This document shows, piece by piece, positions 39,737-48,533 of a stretch of DNA of 64,000 nucleotides. The position numbers and the translations under genes were made by a program. The notes below the pieces were generated by a model that saw only the letters and a program-made list of their open reading frames with translations, did no database searches and was not told the origin of the DNA. Within the stretch, counting starts at the first letter, position 1, and the number at the start of each line of letters is the position of its first letter. Location of the stretch: the IMG/VR virus record IMGVR_UViG_3300036770_007547, positions 158,776 through 222,775 of that record; one strand, written 5' to 3'.

Positions 39737-41018
39737 CTCTTTTTGTATGGCACCGTGGACTCACACTTATGTGAGCCCACAGACTGAGCGCAGGATGTGC
39801 TGTGCCAGCCGCGAGCCTGCGCAGAATTTCCAGCAGTACATAGACACAGCCGCAGGCACAGGCCAGTACATCCCCATCACCCTAGACGAACACTGGAACA
39901 GCGATCACATGCGCAGCGTGCGTCGCAGGATGATGGCCGGGGACACCTTGCCTGAATGCGAAGTATGCAACAATCAACTGCTCAACACCGCGGTCTATCG
40001 CGACTATTTCAATCAGCTGTTTGGTCACAAGTATGCGGAGGCCATAGCCAGAACAGACACAGACGGACGCACCGACATGCAGCCCGTGAGCTGGGATTAT
40101 AGATTTTCAAATCTCTGCAATTTCAAATGTAGGATGTGTGGCGACATGCTGAGTTCGAGCTGGGAAACCGAACAGCGCCAGCATGACATGATCGATTGGA
40201 GCAATCCCAAGAACGCTTGGATGCAACCCCACACACGCCAGGAAATAAGTAAGTTCCAAGACACTGTGATCGAGCGCGAGTTCGCTGCGGCAGTGGAACA
40301 ACATCGTGTGGAAGAAGTGTATTGGGTGGGTGGAGAACCGCTCATGTACGAGCAACACTGGCGCTACATGCAACGCATCATTGAACTGGGAGACGGTCCA
40401 CGTGTCTATGCTAGGTATAATACTAATCTTAGTCGTTGCCATTATCGCGGCGTGGATCTTTTTCGCGACATCCTCGATCATTTACGAGATTACCAGATCT
40501 GCGCCAGCCTTGACGGAACTGGAGCCACAGGAGAATACATCCGAACCGGACTGCGCTACGACCAATGGCTTGAAAACTTCCAACGAGGTGTGGACCACCG
40601 AAGACACAGCCGCCAATTTAGACTCGACTTCACGCTCACCCTACCCGGTTTATACGAAGTCGGAAATATACAGGAATTGGCAGACACACACCAAGTAGAA
40701 GTTTTGGCCAAAGTGGTATTCAGTTTCACTCCCGACATCGTCATGAGTCCGCTGTGCTTGCCAAGGTCGTTGCTGGAGCCGAGACTGCGGAGTCTCATGT
40801 CACAAACACACGGGGCCATGCGAGATGTGCTCGAACAATTGATAAAACGTCCCACGTTCCAGGAATCTTGGCCTGACACCTGGCAAATGGGTCTTGCTAA
40901 AGGCAAGGCTCGTGTGTTAAAATTAGAGTCCATACGCAACGACAGTTATACCATGGCCGATATTTTACGCAAGGATCCCGAAGTCCATGAATGGTGGCAA
41001 CAAATCCCAACGCATTGA
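39723..41018 (+). CDS. N-terminal twitch-domain radical SAM protein
   Basis: CMAPW...RMCC...CEVC; CNFKCRMC; WVGGEPL. Confidence 0.9.
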   Translation: MTRPDSFCMAPWTHTYVSPQTERRMCCASREPAQNFQQYIDTAAGTGQYIPITLDEHWNSDHMRSVRRRMMAGDTLPECEVCNNQLLNTAVYRDYFNQLFGHKYAEAIARTDTDGRTDMQPVSWDYRFSNLCNFKCRMCGDMLSSSWETEQRQHDMIDWSNPKNAWMQPHTRQEISKFQDTVIEREFAAAVEQHRVEEVYWVGGEPLMYEQHWRYMQRIIELGDGPRVYARYNTNLSRCHYRGVDLFRDILDHLRDYQICASLDGTGATGEYIRTGLRYDQWLENFQRGVDHRRHSRQFRLDFTLTLPGLYEVGNIQELADTHQVEVLAKVVFSFTPDIVMSPLCLPRSLLEPRLRSLMSQTHGAMRDVLEQLIKRPTFQESWPDTWQMGLAKGKARVLKLESIRNDSYTMADILRKDPEVHEWWQQIPTH

Positions 41019-42060
41019 AATCGATCTCACAGATCATCACGAACACATCATCACTCTCTACATCGATGTGGGAGACACCAGTCTCGGTCACAAATGGTTG
41101 TGCGCCCTAGAGCATTTGATCAGCGGTGAGTATCACCTAGAGAAAAACTACTGTTTCTTGGGATTTCCCGATGGTGCACGCGATGGCAACTACATCCTAG
41201 ATCAAGTCAATCACAGCATACAAGCCATCAACACCGCTGATTTGGGATATCGCATACAGGATCGGTTTGACATGGCCACCATGTTTGAACACCAACCAAG
41301 ACCACGCACCATGCGCCAGGAGCGCATGAATGACTTGCATAGATACTTTGAAGAATTACAGGGCGTGAGTGGTTCCATGAGTGTGTACTATCAAAGGGCC
41401 GATGCTGCCACGCGGTGGCACATCAGACAACTCAATCTCTTGTGTCACGAGTTCGAATCATGGGCATTGAGCTGGCGCAAACAGCTGGAAGCACCAGACT
41501 GGATCCGCCCCAGCCAGCTCATGTGTTGGTTGGGGGCTCCGAGATTCAAGCTCGAACCCCAAGACTTTGAACTGTTTGGGGTCGACACCATAAGTCGCCG
41601 CCTGGGCGGTGTGTATGTGGGTGTGAACAAAGCAGTTGGAAAGCATCACTGGGAAGTGTTCCACGACGAGGGCCGTGACAGCAGGATCGGTGAGTTGACC
41701 ACCACAGTGTTGAAGGGACAGACCGAGGCCGCCGGGGACTTTGACATCGAATGGGGCCGCTATGCCGGGGACCAACCTTGGCAACTGGCCGAGCTGGAGG
41801 CTTTCCGTGATTGGCTGAGAGACAACGGGTTTGATCCCGAAGACAAAAGTCTCACTATCGGTCATCCCTGTGTGGCGCAAGTGGATCTCCAGCGCAGCTT
41901 TGGTTCAGAACATTATCGCGACATTTGGCAGCAATTAAATACGCATCTAAACGTGGCAGAGATACGAACTCCAAATGCAAGAACCACGTACCAGTATCGT
42001 TGGAGCGACACTGGATATGCTCAAAAACAAATTGATGTGATCAGCAAGGAAATGTCATGA
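40987..42060 (+). CDS. Hypothetical protein
   Basis: 357-aa ORF with operon-style overlaps; no motif recognised. Confidence 0.75.
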   Translation: MNGGNKSQRIEIDLTDHHEHIITLYIDVGDTSLGHKWLCALEHLISGEYHLEKNYCFLGFPDGARDGNYILDQVNHSIQAINTADLGYRIQDRFDMATMFEHQPRPRTMRQERMNDLHRYFEELQGVSGSMSVYYQRADAATRWHIRQLNLLCHEFESWALSWRKQLEAPDWIRPSQLMCWLGAPRFKLEPQDFELFGVDTISRRLGGVYVGVNKAVGKHHWEVFHDEGRDSRIGELTTTVLKGQTEAAGDFDIEWGRYAGDQPWQLAELEAFRDWLRDNGFDPEDKSLTIGHPCVAQVDLQRSFGSEHYRDIWQQLNTHLNVAEIRTPNARTTYQYRWSDTGYAQKQIDVISKEMS

Positions 42061-42158
42061 CATGGTTGAAACGATTGATCGGATGGATCAAACTAGAAAT
42101 ACGTTATCGCAGGAAACTGCGCGAGTTACGCAAACGCGACCCTTTCATTTATAAATGA
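42057..42158 (+). CDS. 33-aa highly basic peptide (MTWLKRLIGWIKLEIRYRRKLRELRKRDPFIYK), not in ORF track
   Basis: ATGA overlap with both neighbours; fills the gap exactly. Confidence 0.7.
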   Translation: MTWLKRLIGWIKLEIRYRRKLRELRKRDPFIYK

Positions 42159-43642
42159 ACATACTAGGAATCAGTGCGGGTTTCCATGACGGTTCAGTGA
42201 GCCTGGTGTCCCCGAACGGCGACATATTGTTTGCTGCCCACAGCGAAAGATACAGCCGTGTCAAAAACGATGATGGTATATCACCAGACATGCTGGCCGA
42301 AATCGACGGTACACAAATTGGCACACTGGCCTTTTACGAACGACCTTGGATGCATGGTTTGCAGCGAGCAGTGAGTGGGCAGACTCCTTTGCCACCCTTG
42401 AGCCTATCAGGCACGTTGTCCCAACATCTCAATGGCTGGTATCTGAAAAATGCCGTGGAAGATCGTAGATGCTTCTCGCATCATCTCAGTCATGCCGCTG
42501 CGGGTTTCCAGACATCACCGTTTGATGACGCCACTGTGGTGGTGATAGATGCCATTGGAGAACTTGACACTGTTTCCATCTATCGTGCCTGTTACGATGA
42601 CCAGGGCCAGGCACAGTATCAACGACTGTGGCGGCAAAGGTATCCACACAGCATTGGATTATTCTACAGTGCCGTGACCAAAGCCGTGGGACTCAAGCCC
42701 ATGGAAGAAGAATATATAACCATGGGCATGGCTGCTTATGGCAGCGATCTCGGTGCCGCCTGGATGCGCGAGCATCTCGTCGAGGATCTACAACAAGTGA
42801 GATTCCACAAGAATCTGCACATTGGATTCGATGAATACGAGTTGCCATTCACCCACAACGAAGATATCGCGGCTTCGGCCCAGGCCCTGACCGAGCAGTT
42901 GATCATGTCAGTGATGCGACGTGCTCGCGATCTCACCGGTGGTGGCAATCTCGTTTACATGGGTGGTGTGGCCTTGAATTGCCTGGCCAATCGTTTGTTG
43001 GGAGACTATTTTGATGACATTTGGATCATGCCCAATCCCGGAGATGCTGGATCGAGTCTTGGTGCAGCCGCTCTTGCTTATGGTCAGCGCCTGCGCTGGC
43101 GTGACCCTTATCTTGGTCACACTATCACTGGCGATTATCCTGTTCGTGCCCTACTCGATGATCTTGCTGACGGGGGTATTGCTGCTGTGGCTAGCGGACC
43201 AGCTGAGTTTGGTCCTCGTGCCCTAGGCAACCGTAGTCTATTAGCAGATCCTCGCGGAGAGGATATCAAGGATAGAGTCAATGAAATTAAGCGACGTCAA
43301 AAATTTAGACCCTTTGCCCCGGTCATACTGGCCGAGATGGTCAATGACTACTTTGATATGCCACCTGTTTGGCACCGCAGCGATTACATGCAAGTGGTCG
43401 CCCGGTGCCGTCGCCCTGATCTTTTTCCTGCTATATGTCATGTTGATGGCACCAGCCGAGTACAGACAGTTCCAAAGAATTCGCGATCGGGCATCCGCCA
43501 ACTCCTAGAACAATGGTATGCCCAGACCGGCTGTCCCATGTTATTGAACACCAGTCTCAATGTGCGCGGGGAACCCATGATCAACACTCGAGACGATGCT
43601 GATAGATTCACTAGATTTTACGGCGTGCCCGTGAGATCATAG
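42155..43642 (+). CDS. Carbamoyltransferase (NodU/CmcH/TobZ family)
   Basis: HDGSV, ERYSRVK, HHLSHAA, DAIGE, GGVALNC, GDAGSSLGAA, EFGPRALGNRS, RPFAP, HVDGTSRVQTV, LLNTSLN. Confidence 0.95.
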   Translation: MNILGISAGFHDGSVSLVSPNGDILFAAHSERYSRVKNDDGISPDMLAEIDGTQIGTLAFYERPWMHGLQRAVSGQTPLPPLSLSGTLSQHLNGWYLKNAVEDRRCFSHHLSHAAAGFQTSPFDDATVVVIDAIGELDTVSIYRACYDDQGQAQYQRLWRQRYPHSIGLFYSAVTKAVGLKPMEEEYITMGMAAYGSDLGAAWMREHLVEDLQQVRFHKNLHIGFDEYELPFTHNEDIAASAQALTEQLIMSVMRRARDLTGGGNLVYMGGVALNCLANRLLGDYFDDIWIMPNPGDAGSSLGAAALAYGQRLRWRDPYLGHTITGDYPVRALLDDLADGGIAAVASGPAEFGPRALGNRSLLADPRGEDIKDRVNEIKRRQKFRPFAPVILAEMVNDYFDMPPVWHRSDYMQVVARCRRPDLFPAICHVDGTSRVQTVPKNSRSGIRQLLEQWYAQTGCPMLLNTSLNVRGEPMINTRDDADRFTRFYGVPVRS

Positions 43643-44659
43643 ATAGGTTTCCAGTGGCCCACGACGACGTATGTCCTGGGTCACACAAGAAATCCCGCCA
43701 TCCCAAAAGTATCGATGCCGCAAAGGAGCGATTATGGGTTCGATCCTGTGGCGTTGACAGAACTCAAACACTTCTTTGTTGTAGCTGGAAAATATCACAT
43801 GATGCTCGTCGAGCACCAGGCAGTTGACATCAAACACAGTTTCGCTGACAAATCCGGTCCAGTGCGAGAGATACTGATCCACATAAGCAGCAAAGGCCGG
43901 ATCATCGTGGCTGCCTTCCACCCACCATCTTCCATTGAACGAAGACTCTTTGAATTGTCCCACGGCCAAGCTGGCTTCGATGTTGCTGAGTGGTACACGG
44001 CAAACTTCCCAGCCCGGGAACGTGTCTCGATAATTGATGTCAGCATCGTGTTTGCTTGACAATATCACTCCGGGTCGCAATATGGCAAACACAGCATCTC
44101 CGTGACCGTTGGTCTGACAACGGCGCACACGGAACCTTGAATCCAATGCATGCTGTTGTATCCACTCCATCTGCTGACTGGTCATGTATTCGCTGTTGTC
44201 AAACAGCACATCGGTGCCAACTCGAACTATGCAGCTGGCCACAGCGCCCGCCATCACAGCATCACGTGCCTGCAACACCGAGCCCGGTTGTAAACGCTGA
44301 TATTCGGTGATGATTCCGTTGTACTCGTAGTCATCGTTGAATCGCAACAAACGCTCGCCCAGGGTTATCTGTGTGTCTCTGGGGGTTATGGGTGGAGTAG
44401 GTGGACGCATGCCACGCGACAGCATGTCCTGGAAACTGAGAACTCCGGTGGGTTCAGGTCTGCGCACCCGGGCACCGAATCTTTGTATGACTCGAGCCAG
44501 ATTGTCCAGGTCTTCTTCGGTCTCTTCCATGATACGCTGTAGTTGTTTGCGTACCCGGCGGTCCGGTATCGAAGAAAAATGTTTTTTGCTATAGACGCGC
44601 CCCACTATCACTTCTTCCAAGGGCTGCCAACTGGTGTAAGATTGTACGGTCAATTCCAT
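43637..44659 (-). CDS. Amidinotransferase (glycine/inosamine-phosphate amidinotransferase-like)
   Basis: SWQPLEEVIVGR, PRD, HGD, FDVNCL and C-terminal GGISCVTQD (candidate catalytic Cys): pentein fold. Confidence 0.88.
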   Translation of the reverse strand: MELTVQSYTSWQPLEEVIVGRVYSKKHFSSIPDRRVRKQLQRIMEETEEDLDNLARVIQRFGARVRRPEPTGVLSFQDMLSRGMRPPTPPITPRDTQITLGERLLRFNDDYEYNGIITEYQRLQPGSVLQARDAVMAGAVASCIVRVGTDVLFDNSEYMTSQQMEWIQQHALDSRFRVRRCQTNGHGDAVFAILRPGVILSSKHDADINYRDTFPGWEVCRVPLSNIEASLAVGQFKESSFNGRWWVEGSHDDPAFAAYVDQYLSHWTGFVSETVFDVNCLVLDEHHVIFSSYNKEVFEFCQRHRIEPIIAPLRHRYFWDGGISCVTQDIRRRGPLETYL

Positions 44660-45840
44660 GTCAGGCTTTCAAGTAAGCTATTTAAACGCGGAGTGAGATC
44701 TCCGGTGAATAATCTCTGATTGTGTTCGAGATCAGGCCAACAGCGTTGATACCAATCGCGTAGATTTTTTTGTTGCATGATACCTTGTATGGCATCAAAC
44801 ACCTTCTCCCAGCGACGGTTGTTGTCAAGTTCTTGATCGTAGCTGTTGTCGATCACAGAATCAAACGTGCGGTAACCTAGACCTCTCAAGGCAGACAAGG
44901 TACCAGCAGCACCAAATATCACGAAAGGCTGTGCATGCTTGATGGGCTTGAAGGTTTTTTCTGTGACAAAGGCTCCCCGAGATCCGTCTGCGTCAAAGTG
45001 TGTCTCGAGTACGACCTGGAAGTAGCTGTTGGTGTAGTGTTCGCGCACATGGTGTGTGTGATCATTGTGCGCCTGATGATCCAAGGCATCGGCCCGGTAA
45101 GGACCGTTTTCCATGAATAGCTCGAGGCTTTGCTTCAGCCCCGGACGATACCAGAAACGTATGGGGTTGTCGGTAAAAGGTTCGTCTAGGGCCACTTGGG
45201 TGTTGTAGCTCCATATGGCTCGTTGCAACCATCCACGGCGCTGCATTTCGGTCATGGTAGTGGCCCGCCACCATTTGTGTGTGCGTACCAAGCTGGTGAA
45301 CGCATGCGGTCTTTTTCTTTTGTTGTCCGGAGCCACAGCCGGATGTTGTTGATTGCGCAAACGGAACAACAGCTCGTCGTCGGCAAAGTAACGACAGTTT
45401 TGCATGGTACTGGCCTCGGTGTTGGCCGATATCAATATCACACTTTCTGGTGGCAATGAATTGTTGAGGCATTGTTGATCCAGGCTCTGTCTTATACGGC
45501 CGGGATTGTCGCCTTCGCTGTAGAATATCAGTATCTTCACACGACACTGTTGACATAGCTGTTTCACTGCCTGGGGCACGAGATCGAGATGCTGTGTGTC
45601 ATGATCGAAAAATGTGAGAGCTATGGGATAGAACGCCTGATGTCTGACTTGATCATGAGTGATGGCTCTTACTGCTATGCCATGCACACGGCAATATTCA
45701 TAAAACATCACCGGCTCGCTCCAAGGCCAATGCTGGCTGAATTGATGCCACTCGGGTGTGTATGGTCGGGCCTGCCATCGTGCGATGTTTGGTGCTGGCC
45801 TTGCTTGATCCCAGACATGATCAAAAACAAAATCAATCAT
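44650..45840 (-). CDS. GT-B-like (GT10/exostosin-like) putative glycosyltransferase
   Basis: Likely start ATG 45840 (MIDFVFD). YFQVVLET...FVTEKTFKP...PF...LRGLGYRTF..VIDNSYD. Confidence 0.5.
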   Translation of the reverse strand: MIDFVFDHVWDQARPAPNIARWQARPYTPEWHQFSQHWPWSEPVMFYEYCRVHGIAVRAITHDQVRHQAFYPIALTFFDHDTQHLDLVPQAVKQLCQQCRVKILIFYSEGDNPGRIRQSLDQQCLNNSLPPESVILISANTEASTMQNCRYFADDELLFRLRNQQHPAVAPDNKRKRPHAFTSLVRTHKWWRATTMTEMQRRGWLQRAIWSYNTQVALDEPFTDNPIRFWYRPGLKQSLELFMENGPYRADALDHQAHNDHTHHVREHYTNSYFQVVLETHFDADGSRGAFVTEKTFKPIKHAQPFVIFGAAGTLSALRGLGYRTFDSVIDNSYDQELDNNRRWEKVFDAIQGIMQQKNLRDWYQRCWPDLEHNQRLFTGDLTPRLNSLLESLTWN

Positions 45841-46939
45841 TGAAATCTCGTCGCATTTTTTCCAGCATGCATGAAACTTCGTCCCATAACACACGTTCAA
45901 AGCCGCCACCATAAAAATGTCGATGATTGTGTTCGATCACTGGCAAGCAGCGTTGGTACATGTCGTTGAGTTGTTGATGATCCAGGCTGTCCATCCAACA
46001 CAACAGTTGCGATATCTTTGATAACCTCACAGCATCGTCGACTTCGCTGTCATAGCTTTCGTCCCAGACGTCATGAAAGGTGTGGAATCCATATCTGCGA
46101 AGATATTCGAGACTGCCAGCACAGCTTACCATCACAAACGGCATCTTGAGGCAGATGGGTTTGAATGTTTTTTCAGTGAGATGCTGTCGTGTGCCGCTGA
46201 ACACAGTTTCTGTGATCACGTAGGCTAGACTACTCGCAGTCTCGTGGAATTGTGTGAGACAATAGCTTTTCATGGGATGCCCGGTTTCCCCGGAAAAATT
46301 CCAGGGCAGTTGGGCTTGTCGTACCAGCTCACGTGCCTGGTCCCCGCCCAGGGCATGTGCTAGATCCAGCACAGACTGGCCCTCTACGGGACATTGATCC
46401 GGAAAGCTGATACAGGCATTGTGGACGTTGTGTTCCAACAGTTTCAGCAAAAGTCGCACTCGATGTTCGCGGCGTCCCCCGACTATGCGATTGGCACTGA
46501 AAAAACTGTGAGTTATATCCCGCTTGTTGGGGTCGGTGATCAACCATGTGCGGTCGTAGCCACGGAACCAATCCAAAGCAGCCCATCCGTGGAAAAAATA
46601 ATAGTAGTCTTTGAGGCGGTATCTTTCACACAGTTCACGCACATTGTCGCTTTGGTATTCGCTGTGTATCATGGCTCGATGCCTGGGACCTATCCTGTGA
46701 TTGAGATCACGATTGCGGATCTGTAGATCATCAAACAGCGGAGCATGCATGTCCAAATATATTGGCTCTTGATCGTGAAAGTAAGTATAATTTAGTTCAA
46801 AGCCATTGGCTGCGACCTTGACGAGATTTTCGGGTCGTGAGCTACCAAACGGATCGCAATAAAACATGCGTGTGGCGGGAACATGTTTCTGTATATAGGG
46901 CCAGAACAGGTAATGATAGATTTCATCGATCTTGATCAT
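45833..46939 (-). CDS. GT-B-like (GT10/exostosin-like) putative glycosyltransferase
   Basis: AYVITET...HLTEKTFKP...PF...LRRYGFHTF..VWDESYD. Confidence 0.5.
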   Translation of the reverse strand: MIKIDEIYHYLFWPYIQKHVPATRMFYCDPFGSSRPENLVKVAANGFELNYTYFHDQEPIYLDMHAPLFDDLQIRNRDLNHRIGPRHRAMIHSEYQSDNVRELCERYRLKDYYYFFHGWAALDWFRGYDRTWLITDPNKRDITHSFFSANRIVGGRREHRVRLLLKLLEHNVHNACISFPDQCPVEGQSVLDLAHALGGDQARELVRQAQLPWNFSGETGHPMKSYCLTQFHETASSLAYVITETVFSGTRQHLTEKTFKPICLKMPFVMVSCAGSLEYLRRYGFHTFHDVWDESYDSEVDDAVRLSKISQLLCWMDSLDHQQLNDMYQRCLPVIEHNHRHFYGGGFERVLWDEVSCMLEKMRRDFND

Positions 46940-48533
46940 GTTTGACGTTTTTTACATCAGTGAACCCACGGGATTGTTCCCACACGAAAAACCAGCGCGG
47001 GATCTAGAACATGCCAGACAGCAGTCTCGCACCCGATATTTATGGGTGGTCCATGGTGCCAATGATTATAGCACGTTTGACTGGTACTGGGAGCCACCGC
47101 CTGGACAGAAACACCAAGCACATGTGTGGCCCAGTCAACATCAAGCCAATGGAGGCACATGGTTGATACCACGCGAAGGTTATCAAGACATCAATCGCGA
47201 TCATGCAACCATAACACGCTGCAAGTCTGTGCCCAGGCTACACATCAAGCATTCATCCAGTGCCGATGTCGGTGATGTCAACACACGCTATATTGGTTCT
47301 TATCTGGGCACCTTGCGACGAGCCTTGTCTCACGTGACATGGACCTGGTGCTGGGTCACTGCCGATGTGTGTGACTATCAACATTTTGATTTCACTTGGC
47401 ATCCCAGTGAATGGCAAGATCACATGTTGTCTGTGTTTGCCAGTGGTTCTCAAAAGTTCGGAGACACATTCTATGTGCATGTGCCCACGTTCTTGGAAAA
47501 AAGCCAGAACCTAGCTCTGTTGGAGTGGTTCGACACCTTGAATTTCATACAAGATCCCTGTGTTCCTCGACATGCTGTGCCACGCATCAAGTATCACAGC
47601 GATTCCGTGGTACCGGCAGTGCTCGCACATGATTTTTCACAGCCAATCGCGGAATTCTATTGCCAACAACCGGCCACCAAGCTCGTGGATCTCAATCTTT
47701 GGCGCGATGAAACCAAAGCAGTGACTCTGTTGCGCACCGGGGGGACCAGTGTGTTGGTGCCACGTGAAGCCAAAAATCATCTGCGCACACAGATGTATGA
47801 CTATCCTGTGATAGATCGAGGCCAGGACCTAGAACCTTCAGAGGCATTGGACATCGTGTACATCTCCAACGGAGAACCCGACGCTGATCGAAACTGGGCC
47901 AGCCTGATGTTGCGCAAACAAGGACAGCCCAACCGCTTGGTGCGGGTGGATCGAGTGCCAGGTCGTGCTGCTGCCTATCATGCTGCTGCTCGAGCCAGTG
48001 AGACGCCGTGGTTCTTTGCTGTGTTTGCCAAGCTGGATGTGCTGGCCGACTTTGATTGGTCGTGGCAGCCGGATCGCCTGCAACAGCCCAAGCACTATAT
48101 CTTCCATGCACTCAATCCCGTGAACATGCTGGAATACGGGCACCAGGCCATGATCGCCTACAATCGTGATCTAGTGTTGGCCAATCCCGGTCGTGGTCTG
48201 GACTTTACCTTGGATGACGCACACGAAGTGGTGCCCATACTGTCGGGCGTGGCACGCTACAACACCGATGCCTGGACTGCTTGGCGTACTGCTTTCCGAG
48301 AAGTGATCAAACTGCAGGCCAGCCTGCCCGATGTCGAAAACGAATATCGCTTGCGCCAATGGTTGACCAAGGGACAAGGTCCCTATGGCGAATGGTCAGT
48401 GTACGGTGCCGAGGATGGCGTGGCCTACTACCAAGAAGTTGCGGGAGATTTTGATGAACTGCGCAAGAGCTACGAGTGGTCCTGGTTGGCCAGTTACTTG
48501 TTCTTCAAACGTGGGATTTCACCGACTCGGTGA
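46938..48533 (+). CDS. Multi-domain glycosyltransferase-like protein
   Basis: ATG 46938 (MFDVFY). C-terminal domain (DIVYISNGEP...AAYHAAARAS...AWRTAFREVIK) resembles 31044-31973. Confidence 0.5.
   Translation: MFDVFYISEPTGLFPHEKPARDLEHARQQSRTRYLWVVHGANDYSTFDWYWEPPPGQKHQAHVWPSQHQANGGTWLIPREGYQDINRDHATITRCKSVPRLHIKHSSSADVGDVNTRYIGSYLGTLRRALSHVTWTWCWVTADVCDYQHFDFTWHPSEWQDHMLSVFASGSQKFGDTFYVHVPTFLEKSQNLALLEWFDTLNFIQDPCVPRHAVPRIKYHSDSVVPAVLAHDFSQPIAEFYCQQPATKLVDLNLWRDETKAVTLLRTGGTSVLVPREAKNHLRTQMYDYPVIDRGQDLEPSEALDIVYISNGEPDADRNWASLMLRKQGQPNRLVRVDRVPGRAAAYHAAARASETPWFFAVFAKLDVLADFDWSWQPDRLQQPKHYIFHALNPVNMLEYGHQAMIAYNRDLVLANPGRGLDFTLDDAHEVVPILSGVARYNTDAWTAWRTAFREVIKLQASLPDVENEYRLRQWLTKGQGPYGEWSVYGAEDGVAYYQEVAGDFDELRKSYEWSWLASYLFFKRGISPTR

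Noticed and set aside
46938-48533. Site-specific invertible segment around the lone + strand GT-like gene
   Set aside because: No inverted repeats found at the two boundaries and no invertase in the window; only the start-codon overlap is reported.
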